From NCBI RefSeq assembly GCF_030684315.1, contig NC_081371.1, forward strand, positions 48,862,390 to 48,926,389: a DNA stretch of 64,000 nt. Reading direction: 5' to 3'. Each line of letters begins with the position of its first letter. Within the stretch, counting starts at the first letter, position 1. A program made the translations under genes and the position numbers. The notes beneath the pieces are model-generated. The model saw only the letters and a program-made list of their open reading frames with translations. It was not told the origin of the DNA and made no database searches. Shown here one piece after another: positions 38,291-51,469 of this stretch. Source of the stretch: Stegostoma tigrinum. Taxonomy: Eukaryota.

Positions 38291-39972
38291 CTGTGTATAA
38301 TTTAAAGACATATAACATCTTGATCATGCATACAAATCCAGATTAAGGTGAACTTTAACAGTCAGAGAATAAATTCAAACTGAATTTACCAAGTTCCTTC
38401 CGTCCAATATAATTCATTTTTCAACTTTTCTTATGCTGCTGTGTAACCAGATTTTTACTCTTTGGCAAAAACACTTACTAACAAATGGCTCTGCAACTAC
38501 CTTTTGCACCTGGTTTATCTACTAAATGAACATTAGATAGGTAGAGAATTGTAGAAGAGTACTGCATTAATTTGGACTACCATATTAATTATAGGCAAGT
38601 TATTCATAATGATTCTGAAATTAAACGGGGTATCTTTTTGAGTTATTATTACCTCACCCCCGCTGCCCTGCTATTACCAATTCTTTACTACTGCATGCTG
38701 GTTCCATATGTGGCCAGTGAACCACCAACTCTTGGCCATATACATTCATATATGTATTAAGAGCACCAACAACCTGTACTTAAATAACACCTTTAACATT
38801 ACAAAAAGCCACAAAGCACTTCATCAGGGATTATAAAACAAAATATGATACTGGCTCACAAAATATTGGACAAACAGGTATTTAGGAGCATTGTAGAGGA
38901 GGAAAGCAAAGTAGAGATGAGGACTGAAGGAAGATCTTCCAAAATGATGGCCCAGGCAGCTGAAGACACAACTATCAACGAAAAGTGGGTATCACCGGGA
39001 CTATTTTTATAATATTTTGGTTAATACATGGCATGTGGGTGTTGTTGGCTTTTATGCACCATTCCTTATTTCCCAGGGGCAATCAAAAGTCAACTACATT
39101 GCTGTGGGTCTGACTCCAGGTAAGGATGAGAGAAAGGCCCAAGAGGGCAGAGAACCAGAAAGCGTTTTAGAATAATCAATAATTATATGGCAATCATTGG
39201 ATTGGCTTGCTATTGAATTCAAATTTCGCCATCTGACAGGATGGAATTTGAACTCTTCAGCTGGGGTTTAAGATTACTAGTCCTATGACATTTTCAGAAA
39301 TCCATTCCCCCGTCCCTTGCCGCCGCTGCCACCGCCACCACCACCGCGCCCCCCCCCCCCCCACAAAAAATTTAAACGTGGCTTGTGAATAACTTAAATT
39401 TGGACCATTACAACCCCAATGTCATGTTAACATTACTTCACCCAATTACTCATCTCTTATTTTCATTTAATCATTTTACACATGGTGTACATACGCTTGT
39501 GTTTACGGGTTTTCTCCCATTCTCTTCTGTTTTTTCAACTTCCTCCGATTCCAGTAAAAGCCCCACATTTGAAATGTCAACTTGTTTATTCTTTCTACAG
39601 ATACTGATTTACATGCTAATTGCTTCCAGAGTCATTTAAAATTTGTTTCAGAAAATCAATGCTGACACTTCTTGTTTGCTTTAGTTCCACAGACCTTTAA
39701 AATTTACAGCCAGAAGATCCAGATTTCTCCCTGTTACACTTCTCGTCAAATCAATAACATTATTTTAAACACAGTATTATCAGTCTAAATTCTTTATGAT
39801 GAGTTACATGAGGTGAAAATAAGCTGCTTCATGGAATAACAACAATTGGTTGTTACTTAATTAATGATCTTCTATAAATGTCCCACGTCTTGTTTATGAT
39901 GCATGAATACATTTCTTTTACTAAACATTCATTCTAGTATTGGAGAAACAAAGAAGCGTCTTTGATACAGAC

Positions 39973-40050
39973 CTTCATTAAGGACTGGGTGAGCCGAAAA
40001 AGCTGAATCAGCTTCTCTGGGTCTTCTGTTGTCAATTCATTTCCTTCAAC
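39973..40050 (-). CDS. CEP290: CEP290 exon 3 (VEGNELTTEDPEKLIQLFRLTQSLMK)
   Basis: 78 nt, AG/GT boundaries, phase 0-0, homologous to human LFRITQSLMK. Confidence 0.95.
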
Positions 40051-40142
40051 CTATGCATAAAGACTCACCATTATTGATAAAATTATTAATTGCAAAAAAT
40101 AATTATAGTTACTAAACTGCAAACTGAAACAAATAGAGACAC

Positions 40143-40244
40143 CTTGGATATTGTATCCAACAACTTATCTGCCAGTTTCTCTCGACTTGGCAATGAGTCT
40201 GGATCGACTTTCATTAATTGAACCCAATCCAGACTGGGCGCCAT
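40143..40244 (-). CDS. CEP290: CEP290 exon 2 (first coding; MAPSLDWVQLMKVDPDSLPSREKLADKLLDTISK)
   Basis: ATG in context acaaagATGG. Acceptor CAG ends at 40256 (exon starts 40255); donor GT at 40142-40141. 102 coding nt; resembles the human N-terminus MPPNINWKEIMKVDPDDLP. Confidence 0.95.
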
Positions 40245-40416
40245 CTTTGTTCACCCTGTTGGACAGAAAATGTTCAAAATGTCAACGAAAATTTGAATGA
40301 TGCCATTAATCATAAATGTACTTCGAGCATAAAAGATCTCAGTTTGGTATTTAAAAAATATGCAAGTAATATTTTGGGTGAGAAGAAAGCATTGCGGTAA
40401 CCACTGCAAGACGGTA

Positions 40417-41034
40417 GTTATGACAGGGCAACAGACAGCAGAACCAAAATTAGCCTTTCTACCTCTGTATTCGTAACTCAGTAAAATTAAACTAAACGCC
40501 ACCAAATAGTCGCTCCAATGGTTCCTGGCCAGACTTTTGCATAACCTTCCCAGGCTTTTTGAAGAATTAATTTCCAGACATCGGCCCCGTAAGTTAAAGA
40601 AGACATGACTATTTATTAGATACACAATAACTTTAGAACAGAGAATATTAAACCAACTTAAAACATTTGTTTTCAGCCCCCCATTCACACAAAAGACAGA
40701 CAGGACAAACAAATATAGTTAAGGGATAAATAAAAGAAAATAACAAAACTGGCCAGACTATTTAAATCACTTCCACAACACACTGTTTCTGAGACATCAA
40801 TCAGGTCTACATTCTTAGTTCACCCAGGCACAGGTGACAATAATTCTAACTCAAGTTTTACACTTTGGGCTTCTGGAAGTTGGCGTATCAAGTTTGACAG
40901 CGAGCTTTCTTCATGCTATTTTGTCAGTGGTAGCCAAAACCATGTCTCAGAAAACATTGTTCAAATAAAAAACTTTAATTCTGATTCCATCCTGATAGAC
41001 TGATCTTCCCGAGGCCTCAATCACCATTCAACAA
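40417..41034 (-). mobile_element. Possible LTR-like element serving as landing site for the PLE and CR1 (may continue at ~45960-46290)
   Basis: Begins gttatgac like the reverse complement of the solo LTR end and has an antisense AATAAA at ~40612. No TSD confirmed. Confidence 0.3.
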
Positions 41035-41048
41035 CAGTCATAACTTAG

Positions 41049-43047
41049 ATAATAAAATGTGAGGCTGGATGAACACAGCAGGCCAAGCAGCATCTCAGGA
41101 GCACAAAAGCTGACGTTTCGGGCCTAGACCCTTCATCAGAGAGGGGGATGGGGGGAGGGAACTGGAATAAATAGGGAGAGAGGGGGAGGCGGACCGAAGA
41201 TGGAGAGTAAAGAAGATAGGTGGAGAGGGTGTAGGTGGGGAGGTAGGGAGGGGATAGGTCAGTCCAGGGAAGACGGACAGGTCAAGGAGGTGGGATGAGG
41301 TTAGTAGGTAGCTGGGGGTGCGGCTTGGGGTGGGAGGAAGGGATGGGTGAGAGGAAGAACCGGTTAGGGAGGCAGAGACAGGTTGGACTGGTTTTGGGAT
41401 GCAGTGGGTGGGGGGGAAGAGCTGGGCTGGTTGTGTGGTGCAGTGGGGGGAGGGGATGAACTGGGCTGGTTTAGGGATGCAGTGGGGGAAGGGGAGATTT
41501 TGAAACTGGTGAAGTCCACATTGATACCATTAGGCTGCAGGGTTCCCAGGCGGAATATGAGTTGCTGTTCCTGCAACCTTCGGGTGGCATCATTGTGGCA
41601 GTGCAGGAGGCCCATGATGGACATGTCATCAAGAGAATGGGAGGGGGAGTGGAAATGGTTTGCGACTGGGAGGTGCAGTTGTTTGTTGCGAACTGAGCGG
41701 AGGTGTTCTGCAAAGCGGTCCCCAAGCCTCCGCTTGGTTTCCCCAATGTAGAGAAAGCCGCACCGGGTACAGTGGATGCAGTATACCACATTGGCAGATG
41801 TGCAGGTGAACCTCTGCTTAATGTGGAATGTCGTCTTGGGGCCTGGGATGGGGGTGAGGGAGGAGGTGTGGGGACAAGTGTAGCATTTCCTGCGGTTGCA
41901 GGGGAAGGTGCCGGGTGTGGTGGGGTTGGAGGGCAGTGTGGAGCGAACAAGGGAGTCACGGAGAGAGTGGTCTCTCCGGAAAGCAGACAGGGGTGGGGAT
42001 GGAAAAATGTCTTGGGTGGTGGGGTCGGATTGTAAATGGCGGAAGTGTCGGAGGATAATGCGTTGTATCCGGAGGTTGGTAGGGTGGTGTGTGAGAACGA
42101 GGGGGATCCTCTTGGGGCGGTTGTGGCGGGGGCGGGGTGTGAGGGATGTGTCGCGGGAAATGCGGGAGACGCGGTCAAGGGCGTTCTCAATCACCGTGGG
42201 GGGGAAGTTGCGGTCCTTAAAGAACTTGGACATCTGGGATGTGCGGGAGTGGAATGTCTTATCGTGGGAGCAGATGCGGCGGAGGCGGAGGAATTGGGAA
42301 TAGGGGATGGAATTTTTGCAGGAGGGTGGGTGGGAGGAGGTGTATTCTAGGTAGCTGTGGGAGTCGGTGGGCTTGAAATGGACATCAGTTACAAGCTGGT
42401 TGCCTGAGATGGAGACTGAGAGGTCCAGGAAGGTGAGGGATGTGCTGGAGATGGCCCAGGTGAACTGAAGGTTGGGGTGGAAGGTGTTGGTGAAGTGGAT
42501 GAACTGTTCGAGCTCCTCTGGGGAGCAAGAGGCGCCGCCGATACAGTCATCAATGTACCGGAGGAAGAGGTGGGGTTTGGGGCCTGTGTAGGTGCGGAAG
42601 ATGGACTGTTCCACGTAACCTACAAAGAGGCAGGCATAGCTGGGGCCCATGCGGGTGCCCATGGCCACCCCCTTAGTCTGTAGGAAGTGGGAGGAGTCAA
42701 AAGAGAAGTTGTTGAGTGTGAGGACGAGTTCCGCTAGGCGGATGAGAGTGTCGGTGGAGGGGGCCTGGTCGGGCCTGCGGGACAGGAAGAAGCGGAGGGC
42801 CTTGAGGCCATCTCCATGCGGAATGCAGGTGTACAGGGACTGGACGTCCATGGTGAATATGAGGTGTTGGGGGCCAGGGAATTGGAAGTCCTGGAGGAGG
42901 TGGAGGGCGTGGGTGGTGTCACGGACATAGGTGGGGAGTTCCTGGACCAAAGGGGAGAAAATGGAGTCCAGATAGGTGGAGATGAGTTCGGTGGGGCAGG
43001 AGCAGGCTGAGACGATGGGTCGACCAGGGCAGGCAGGTTTGTGGATG
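41049..43047 (-). mobile_element. Young 5'-truncated Penelope-like element (Neptune-type), RT plus GIY-YIG endonuclease
   Basis: Frame is open from the 5' junction (IHKPACPGRPIVS) to the stop at 41364. Motifs: MDVQSLYT, GVAMGTRMGPSYA, RYIDD, Cys linker CNRRKCYTC, VVYCIHC..CGFLYIGET. Perfect 14-bp TSD CAGTCATAACTTAG at 41035-41048 and 43048-43061. Confidence 0.96.
41108..41142 (-). ncRNA. Minimal type I hammerhead ribozyme motif at the PLE 3' end
   Basis: Minus strand reads ct-CTGATGA-a-gggt-ctag-gccc-GAAA-C-GTC-ag. This gives a complete catalytic core, stem II, palindromic ACGT in place of stem III and a GUC cleavage triplet; stem I is very short. Confidence 0.75.
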
Positions 43048-44126
43048 CAGTCATAACTTAGCTGTTTTAAAAACAGTTCATATTATAGAAGAGGAAGTTT
43101 GGGAGGTCTTAGAGAATATAAAGGTGGATAAAATCGCTGGAACCTGATCTAATGTATCCCAGAATGGTGTAGGAAGTAAGGGAGGAAATTACAAGACCAA
43201 TTGCAGAAATATTTGCATCATCTCAAGCTACAGGTGAGGTGCCTGATGACTGTAATGTTGTACCTTTAAGAAAGGTTGTAAGGAGAAACCGGGTAACTGT
43301 AGATCTGTGAGTCTGACTTCGGTTGTGGGTAAATTGTTGGAGGTGATTAAGGAAGTTAGGATTAATGGGCATTTAGAGGCGCAAAAATTGATTAGGGATA
43401 GTCAGCATGGTTTTGACTGAAGAAAATCACATCTCAGAAACTTGACTCAGCTTTTTGAGGAAGTTACCAAAAAGGTTGATGAAAGCAGAGGAGTAGATGT
43501 TATTTATTAGGATTTCAGTAAAGCCTTTGACAAGGTTCAATATGGTAGACTAATTAGTAAAGTTAAGTGACTTGGGATTCAAGGTGAAATTGCTAATTGG
43601 ATACATAATTGGCTTAAGTCAGTGTAATGGGAGGGGGGTTGCTCTTCAGACTGGAGGCCTGTCACCAGCAGTGTTCCACAGGGATCTGTTCTGGGTCATC
43701 TTTTGATTGTCATTTACATAAATGATTTGGGTGAGAATATAGAAACCATGGTTAGGAAGTTTGCAGACGATACCAAAATTGGTGGCAGAATAGACAGCGA
43801 AGCAGATTTTCTATGATTACAAAGGGATCTTGATCAAATAGGTCAACGGGCTGAAAAATGGCAGATGGAGCTCATTCTGGATAAATGCAAGGTACTGCAT
43901 TTTGATACAACAAACAAAGGTAGGGTTTATACAATTAATGGTAGGGCCTTGGGTAGTGTAGAATCGAGGGACCTAGGGGTGCAGGTACATAGTTCATTGA
44001 AATTGCATCATATATAGACAGGATGGTTAAAAAGGCATTCAGCATGGTTGCCTTCATTGTTCAGTCCTCTAAGTATATAAGTTAAAAGTCATGTTGAGGT
44101 TGTAAAGGACATTGGTGAGGCCTCTT

Positions 44127-45432
44127 GGACCACAAGGCATAGGAGCAGAAATTAGGCCATTCAGCTCATTGAATGGCAGAGCAGACTCAATCATGTATAA
44201 TAAGTTTCTCAGCTTCATTCACCTGCTCCTTCCTTGTAACCCTTGAATCCCTTGACATTTACGAACCTATCTATCACTGATTTAATTATACTCAATGAGC
44301 TGGTCTCCACAGCCTTCTGCGGCAATTAATTCCATAGATTCACCACTCTCCAACTGAAAACGTTTCTCTTTATCTCCGATCGTTGAGGGGAAGGTGGTGG
44401 TCTTGTGGTGATGTCTCCTGGACTAGTAATTCAGAGACCCAGGCCAAACTGCTGCTGAAATGGGTTCAATCTCCCCACAGCGAGTAGAATTTCAAAGCAA
44501 TTAATTTTGGCAGCATGATGACTCAGTAGTTAGCACTGCTGCCTCACAGCACCAGGGACCCAGGTTCAATTTCAGCCTTGGACGACTGTCTGTGTGGAGT
44601 TTATACATTCTCCCTGAGTCTGCGTGGGTTTCCTCCCACAGTCCAAAAATGTGCAGGGTAGGTGGACTGGCCATGCTAAATTGCCCATTGTGTCCAAGGG
44701 TTGTTTTGGTTAGGTGTGTTAGACATGGGAAATGCAGGGTTAGGGAAACGGGTCTGGGTGGGATGCTCTTCGGCAGGTTGGTGTGACCTGATGAGCCAAA
44801 TGGCCTGTTTCCACACTGCAGAGATTCTATGATAAAAAGGTCTTCATTTTACTTTAAGGCTAAGGACCCTTGGATCCTAGTCTCTCCTGCTAATGGAAAC
44901 ATCTTCTCAACGTTCACTCTGTCCAAGCCGTTCAGTATCCTGTAAGTTTCAATTAGATCCCACCTCACACTCCCCTATCCTTCTAAACTCCATCAAGTAT
45001 AGACCCAGAGTCCTCAAAAGTTCCTCATATGTCAAGCCTTCCATTCCTGGTATTGGTCTCATGAGCCTCCTCTGGACCCATCCAGGGCCAGTACATTGTT
45101 CCTGAGGTATGGGGACCAAAATTGCTCACAACACTCGAAATATGGTCTGACCAGAGCTTTATAAAGCCTCACAAAGTACATCCCCTCAGCTTTCATATTC
45201 TGGTCCTCTCAAAATAAGTGCTGACATTGTATTTGCCTTCCTAACTACCAACTCAACCTGCAAGTTTACCTTAACAGAATCCTGGTCTAGAACTCCCAAG
45301 ATCCTGTGCACTTCAGATTTCTGAATTTTCTCTTCATGTAGACAATAGTCCATACCGCTATTCGTGATACCAAAGCTATCTCACACTTTGCCTCTTGTAT
45401 GCCATCTGCCACTTCTTTGCCCACTCTCCTAA
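44127..45432 (-). mobile_element. Antisense CR1 3' fragment, itself interrupted by SINEs at ~44385-44833
   Basis: Begins with the reverse-complemented CR1 3' tail (ggagcagaaattaggccattcag) and continues as antisense ORF2 C-terminus after 44834. Confidence 0.8.
44509..44833 (+). mobile_element. HE1-like tRNA-derived V-SINE
   Basis: Head with A/B boxes (gactcagtagttagcactgctgcctcacagc…ggttcaatt), central tgtgtggagttt…ctcccacagtccaaa domain, CR1-derived tail ending gattctatgat. Confidence 0.85.
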
Positions 45433-46405
45433 CCTCTTCTGGAATACCCTATCTGGTTCTGGCCACCCAGTTATAGGAAGGATATTATTAAGCTGGAGAG
45501 AGTTCAAAAGAGATTTACCAGAATTTTGCTGGGTATGGAAGGTTTGAGTTCTAAAGAAAGGCTAGGGTTTTTTCACTGGAGTGTAGGAGGGTTGGGAGGC
45601 AACCTAATAGAAGTTTGTAAAATATAATGTTAATGGTAGGTGTCTTTTCCCCATCATGGGGGATTTCAAGACTAGGGGACATATTTTTAAGGTCAGAGGA
45701 GAGATTTTAAAAAAGACAAAACAGGCAATTTTTTTTAAACACAGGATGGTTTGCGTGTGGGACCAACTTCCTGAGGAAGGGGTGGATGCAGGTACAATTA
45801 CGACATTTAAGAAAAACATTTAGATAGGTATATGAATAGGAAAGGTTTAGGGGGATATGGGCCAGGAGCAGGCAAATGGGACTAGTTTAGTTTGGGATTA
45901 TATTTGGCATGGACTCATTGGACTGGAGGGACTGTTTCAATACTGTGTCACTCCATGAAAATCTGTTTGAACATAGGGTCTCTTCTAGACTTGTCAGAAC
46001 TAATTCCAGGTATTGAATCTTATTAATCGCTAACTTCTGCTATCTGTTTAAACACAGTACTCTTGTTGCAGTATCCGTTTAAAAACTTTGCAGTCAAGGA
46101 TCAGCCAGCAGTTATCTTCCAGGCCTGGCCTCACAAACAAACAATACTTGTTTGATCTGTTCTTTCCCTTTATCTACAACCTGTCCCAAAATCCACAAGT
46201 CATTTACAGCTCACAATTCAAAATTAATAAAAGAATAAAAATAAAGATTCAAATAATGAAACATTAGCAAGGGCTCTAACATAGTTCACACCTTTTCGAA
46301 CATCTGCTTGTTCTTCTAAAGTAAGTACGATAAAGACAGTCAACAAATAAATCCTGAGGTTTTCTTCAGTTTTTGAAATTGAGTTTTTACAAACAATTAT
46401 AATTC

Positions 46406-47045
46406 AATAAAGTGTGGAGACGGAGGAACACAGCAGGCCGGGCAGCATCAGAGGAACAGGAAAGTTGACGTTTTGGGTTGAGATCCTTCTTCAGAAATGG
46501 GGAGGGTGAAGGGAGCCAGAAAATAAATAGAGAGAGGAGGGGTGGGGCTGGGGAAATGGGATGGTGATAAGTGAGCGCAGGTAGGGAGTGGTGGGGATTG
46601 GTCAGTGGATAGATGGGAGAAAGATGGACAGGTTGTGTCAGGTTAAGGAGGCAGGGATGAGGGGGAGGGTTGGATATGGGGGGGTGGATTTTAATACTGG
46701 TGAACTGATCAAGCTGTGGGCTCCCCAGGAAGAATAGGAGGTGTTGCTCCTTCAGTTTGTGGGTGGTGTCATTGTGACACTGGAGGCGGCCCAGGATGAA
46801 TATGTCACCCAGGGAGTGGGGGGTTGAGTTAAAACAGTTTGCAACCAGATGGTGTTGTCGTTTGTTGCATTTAGAGCGCAGATACTCGACAAGACGGTTT
46901 CCAAATCTACATTTGGTCTCACCAACATAGCGGAGGCCACATCAGGAGCAGGGGATATAGCAGACCAAGTTGACAGATGAACCCCTGTCTGATATGGAAG
47001 GTTTTGTGCCTTGAATGGAGGTGAGGGGGAGAGGTGTAGCACTTC
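46406..47045 (-). mobile_element. Decayed PLE 3' fragment (GIY-YIG remnant plus hammerhead-bearing tail)
   Basis: Colinear similarity to ~41050-41890. Minus strand has CTGAAGA-aggatctcaaccc-AAAAC-GTC. Confidence 0.85.
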
Positions 47046-50000
47046 AAGTTCTTCAGTCTAGTGGCATCCTTGGATTGAAAAGATTCACCTGCAAAAACTA
47101 TAATTAACTTCTTTCATTCTAAGTATGACTCCAACCACACCCTGATTCCCATTTACTTCAATTTTATGAGGATTCTTTTGTGTCACACTCAGCCAAATGT
47201 AAATTAAAACATACAAATGGTGAACAATCAACACTTGTGCTAAAACTCGTTGCTTTACACAGACTTCTGTAGTTGCTAGATACAGAAATCGTCAGGCTGA
47301 AGTTTGGTCATCATGACACATTAAAGACATATCAGGGAGCAACGTAAAAGTGAGGGGAATGCCATTTAGAATTTAGAGGAGGAAAAGTTTCTTTACTCAG
47401 AGGGTTGAGTGTCTTTGGACTTCACTACCCCAGAGCTGTGAAAATTCAGTGCTTCAGTCTACTGAAACTAGAGATTGAAAGATTTCTGATTATAAATGGC
47501 ACAAAGAGTTATGTAGATAAAGCAAGTGAAAGGCAAAAGATCATTGGCATTTAAGGGTTCAATCAACCATTATCATGATAGTGTTAAATAGGAGCGGGCT
47601 TAGTAGGCTGTGGCCTAGTCTTTCTCCTAAAATGGAGAAAAAAGACTAATAAAGTAGATTAAGGTGAATGTTGAATGTCAGAATGTTGTGGGTTCAAGTT
47701 CCAATCTGGAAAGTTGAGCACAAAGCCTGACCAGGCTGAATTCCACTGCAGTGCTGAGAGACCAATGCACCAATGAGGTGCATATAATTCAGATGAAACA
47801 GAAACCAGACACCCTCTCTACCTTTTTATGTAAATGTAAAAACTCCTCCTCATTAAAGTAAGAACAACAGGGGAGTTTCTTGGCCAACAGTCATGCATCA
47901 TCAACATTACAAAAAAACTAATTCACTTGTCATTATCATAGTGCCGTTTGCAGGAGCTTACTGTGCATAAATTGGCTAATGTCTTTCCTACATTGCTACA
48001 CTTAGAAAGTACCTAATTGTGTGTAAAACGCTTCAGGTAATCCTGAAGTTGAGGATGATGTTATGTCATGGCCTCAATAACTCGTGCTAAAGGATTCAAA
48101 AAATGCATCGATGAGATAAACAACTGGAGATTTCAGTGAAAAATAATTTCACAGGCTGACTAAACAACGCCAGGTTCAGACCCAATCGTCTGTTGATGTA
48201 AGACCACACTGAATTAATGCATCTTATGTTCCGTCTTCTCTGCTACTGATATTGGTCACATTCAACGGATTGGAATATATAAAAATAATATGCAGTTTAT
48301 AATTTATATTTTCTGTACAGACATCATCAGAATGTTTACTGATGTGTAATATCAAGTCTTCTGTTGGAACACAGGAACACGATTAGCCAATTTAGCACCC
48401 AAGCTTGTTCCACCAATTAGTTAGGTCATGGACCATCAGATTCCTTACCCCATTTACTGCATTTCCTCATATTTCTGTTCAGCAAATTAACAACTGATCT
48501 AGAATCAACTGTCATTTGCAGAAAAATGTTTCATCATTTGCCTCTCCATGAGGACTATAATTTTTAGACTTTGGTCCCAAGTCCAAGTCTCCCTATCCAG
48601 CGGAAATAGTTTCCCTCTACCTAACCAATTAGGTCTTTTAAATTATTTTCTATACCTGTCTATGACATGTAAATTGACTCGTGTTGGATCTCCATTGTTT
48701 GGAGCCGTTTAGTACACAGGAGTCATTTCAATACATCCATTTTAAGCCCAAAGTGAATCATCTAAGTCAGCATTAAAAATAGTAAGTAGTTGAAATCTTA
48801 GCAAAAAGCCTTTGCACTACATTGTAACTGTAGTAATTCTGCCCAGTACAACCACATATGTTGAGTGATAGGAAAGTTCCCTAATCAGGTGAATAACTTG
48901 CCTTTACAAATAGCTGTTTAGTAGCTCAGAACTTGAGCAAGTTTGCCAAAAAACCCCACAAAACGTTTCCATTTTTCACCAATTTTATAAGCTTCAACTT
49001 CAGCTAATGACCTTTAATTAGAGACCTTTGCTCAATGCTTCACAGAGGTAGAAATAAATAACGATCATCGATATTCCACTACTATTAGTCAGTTCTTAGC
49101 TTCAATGCAGAATATCCAACAGCTTCAGCAGTGAGGTTACTTCATTCAAAGGGAGTCCATCTTAAGTTTAAATCTTAGAATCAAACAACAGAGGAGACAC
49201 TTCACCCCATCAAGTGTACTGACAATGACTACTCTAAATCAGCACTAGGTCCAATTTCCAGCACTCTGGCATTTCAAATGCTCATCTAAGTGCTCATTAA
49301 AGGCTGTAGTTTCCTACCTCAACTACATCACCAGACAGTGCATTCCAGAATCCATCATCTAGTGGGTGAAATATATTCTTCCTTCTAAACCTCCTGCCTT
49401 TCTGCTTAAAATTATTCCCTCAAGTTGGGACAAGGGCTGAGCATCATTTTAATGAAGAATGACATAAAAGTTGCAAAAACCCTTTTTTCTGACGAAAGCA
49501 GGGTGCTAAGTGGAAGCCAAGAGAATGAACTACCGTTAATTACGCTTGGGTGTGGAGTTACAATGTACACTTTCTGTGCATTGGTTTTAACAGCAAAAGT
49601 GTGACACAGGCTGACCAAACATGCAAGGAACAAACCATTAAAATAACTAACATGATAAAAAAAACATGATTTCTCCAAGATTGATACAGGAAATAGAAAG
49701 ACTATTTGTTTACACTCAAAAGAGGAAAGGCAGATCAATACAATTTGGCAACGTTTCGGACCTAGACCCTTCTGCCAGGCCTTAAACATCAGCCTTCCTG
49801 CTCCTCTGATACTGCTTGGCCTGCTGCGTTCATCCAGCTCAACACCCTGTTACCTCAGATTCTCCAGCATCTGCAGTTCCTGCTATATCTCTCAATTCAA
49901 TTATCTTCTGCAGTTTCCCAAATTTTAGGAGTGATCATTTTTGTTGACTTCATGGCTATTGGTCAAAGTATTATGGGTAGACATGAATTTGATTTGTTCA

Positions 50001-50270
50001 TTAAATGACTAAAAATTCCCAGAAATAGACAGAATTTGATTGAATTCGACACTAACATAAGCAAACGTTCCTGAAGGAAATAACACCAATGACAGCAATG
50101 TTACATATTTCAGAATATTCTACTGAACAGCAAATGGGACAAATTATTACTGAAGAGGCCCAAATCATGAAAACTAAATAGCTATTTATCAGAAAATATG
50201 AAAGGTATTCACAGGACAGAAAATTCAGGATATGAATTTCTGAGGAACAAGTCAGCTTATCTCACCAAAA

Positions 50271-50404
50271 TAAAATAAAAAATTGTGGATGCCAAAGATC
50301 TGAAACAAAAACACAAATTTCCAGAGAAACTCAGCAGGTCTGGTACCATCTGTGGAGTGAAAACAGAGTTAATCTTTCAAGTCCTGTGAATGTTCATCAG
50401 AACT
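50271..50404 (-). mobile_element. Short PLE-derived element, degenerate hammerhead
   Basis: Minus strand agtt-CTGATGA-acattcacaggactt-GAAA-gatt-aact (stem I agtt/aact). A related copy lies at ~4381-4508. Confidence 0.7.
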
Positions 50405-51469
50405 TGAGTTTACTCATCAAATTCACACAACAACGTGCTTCAGAGGAACATTGTTAGACAAAATGTAATGCCATAAAGAGTTATTAGGATGGATGATCAC
50501 AAATAGAACAGTCTCAACAAGTGTCTGGAAGTAAAAGAGAGAGATGGAGAGTTTCAGGGAGGAAATTCCAGACCTTAAGGCCCAAGTAGCTGAAGGCACA
50601 GTCTCCAATGTTTATGAAAATGTTCTATCTGGAGGAGTGCAGAGTATCCAGGGATTTGTTGGACAAGAGAAGGTCATAGAGATGTGAAGGCCAAGACCAT
50701 GGAGAGATCTGAACATGGGAAATTTCAAAATAGAGGTATGGCACGATTGGGACCAATACAAGTCAGCGAGCAAGGAGTGACACATAAATGGGACTCAGTG
50801 AGAGTTAGGTCACAGGCAAGAGCGTTTTGGGTGAGGTTAGGCTTATCTCTGCTTTTCAAAATTCATTCAGGGGACGAGGGCAACGTTGGCTGGGCCAGCA
50901 TTTATTGCCCATTCAAAGATGCCTTGAAGGAGGTGCCTTCTTGATCCACTGCAGTCCATTTAGTGTAGGTAGACCACATCACCTATGTATCTGCTGTCCT
51001 TGTCCCTCTACATGGCTGTTGGTGTGAGATTTAGAAGAAGCCAAGGAGACTTGGTGAGGTCGTAATGTATGCTGAAAGGCAAAAGGCCAGTAAAGGAGTA
51101 TACTGCCACAGAAAAAACTGTTCCTTATAATAATATGGATTGGCTCTGGAGGCTACAAGGCAGTTTGATTTTTGTCAGCTATATGTTGCAGGTCTTGGTG
51201 TTGCATGAAAATTTGAGCCATCTGCGGAGAATGTGGTTTCCACATAAGTGTGGTAAAATCAACACCGAAGCTTTTAAAAAAAATTTTGGGCATATTTATT
51301 AAATTTGTAATATTGTCATGGGGAAAATAAGTCATTTTGCTGTGGTCGATATGCTTTGCCTCTTGCCCTACATTTTAATACACAGAAGTGATTAAAAAAA
51401 ACCATGTAACTCAAACCGAGCTGCCAACATACATTTTCTTTCCCTGATGGTGGGGTTGGGTGTGTGCAA

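Larger units (their letters stand above)
43075..45958 (+). mobile_element. CR1 LINE (RT to 3' tail) interrupted at 44127-45432 by nested elements
   Basis: [18 protein letters not shown] and KFADDTKIGG motifs. The host sequence resumes after the 6-bp duplication CCTCTT (44121-44126 and 45433-45438). Confidence 0.88.

Noticed and set aside
39318-39362. GC-rich (GCC/ACC)n plus poly-C patch resembling a CpG island or exon
   Set aside because: About 45 bp of simple repeat at a SINE edge; no splice sites or frame support.
40251-40712. 153-aa minus-strand ORF upstream of the CEP290 ATG
   Set aside because: Runs through intronic and repeat sequence across the exon 2 acceptor, stops before the ATG, and has no recognisable homology.
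41383-43054. Several overlapping ORFs on both strands over the PLE
   Set aside because: Shadow frames of a GC-rich, strand-skewed coding sequence; only 41364-42950 and its upstream extension has protein motifs.
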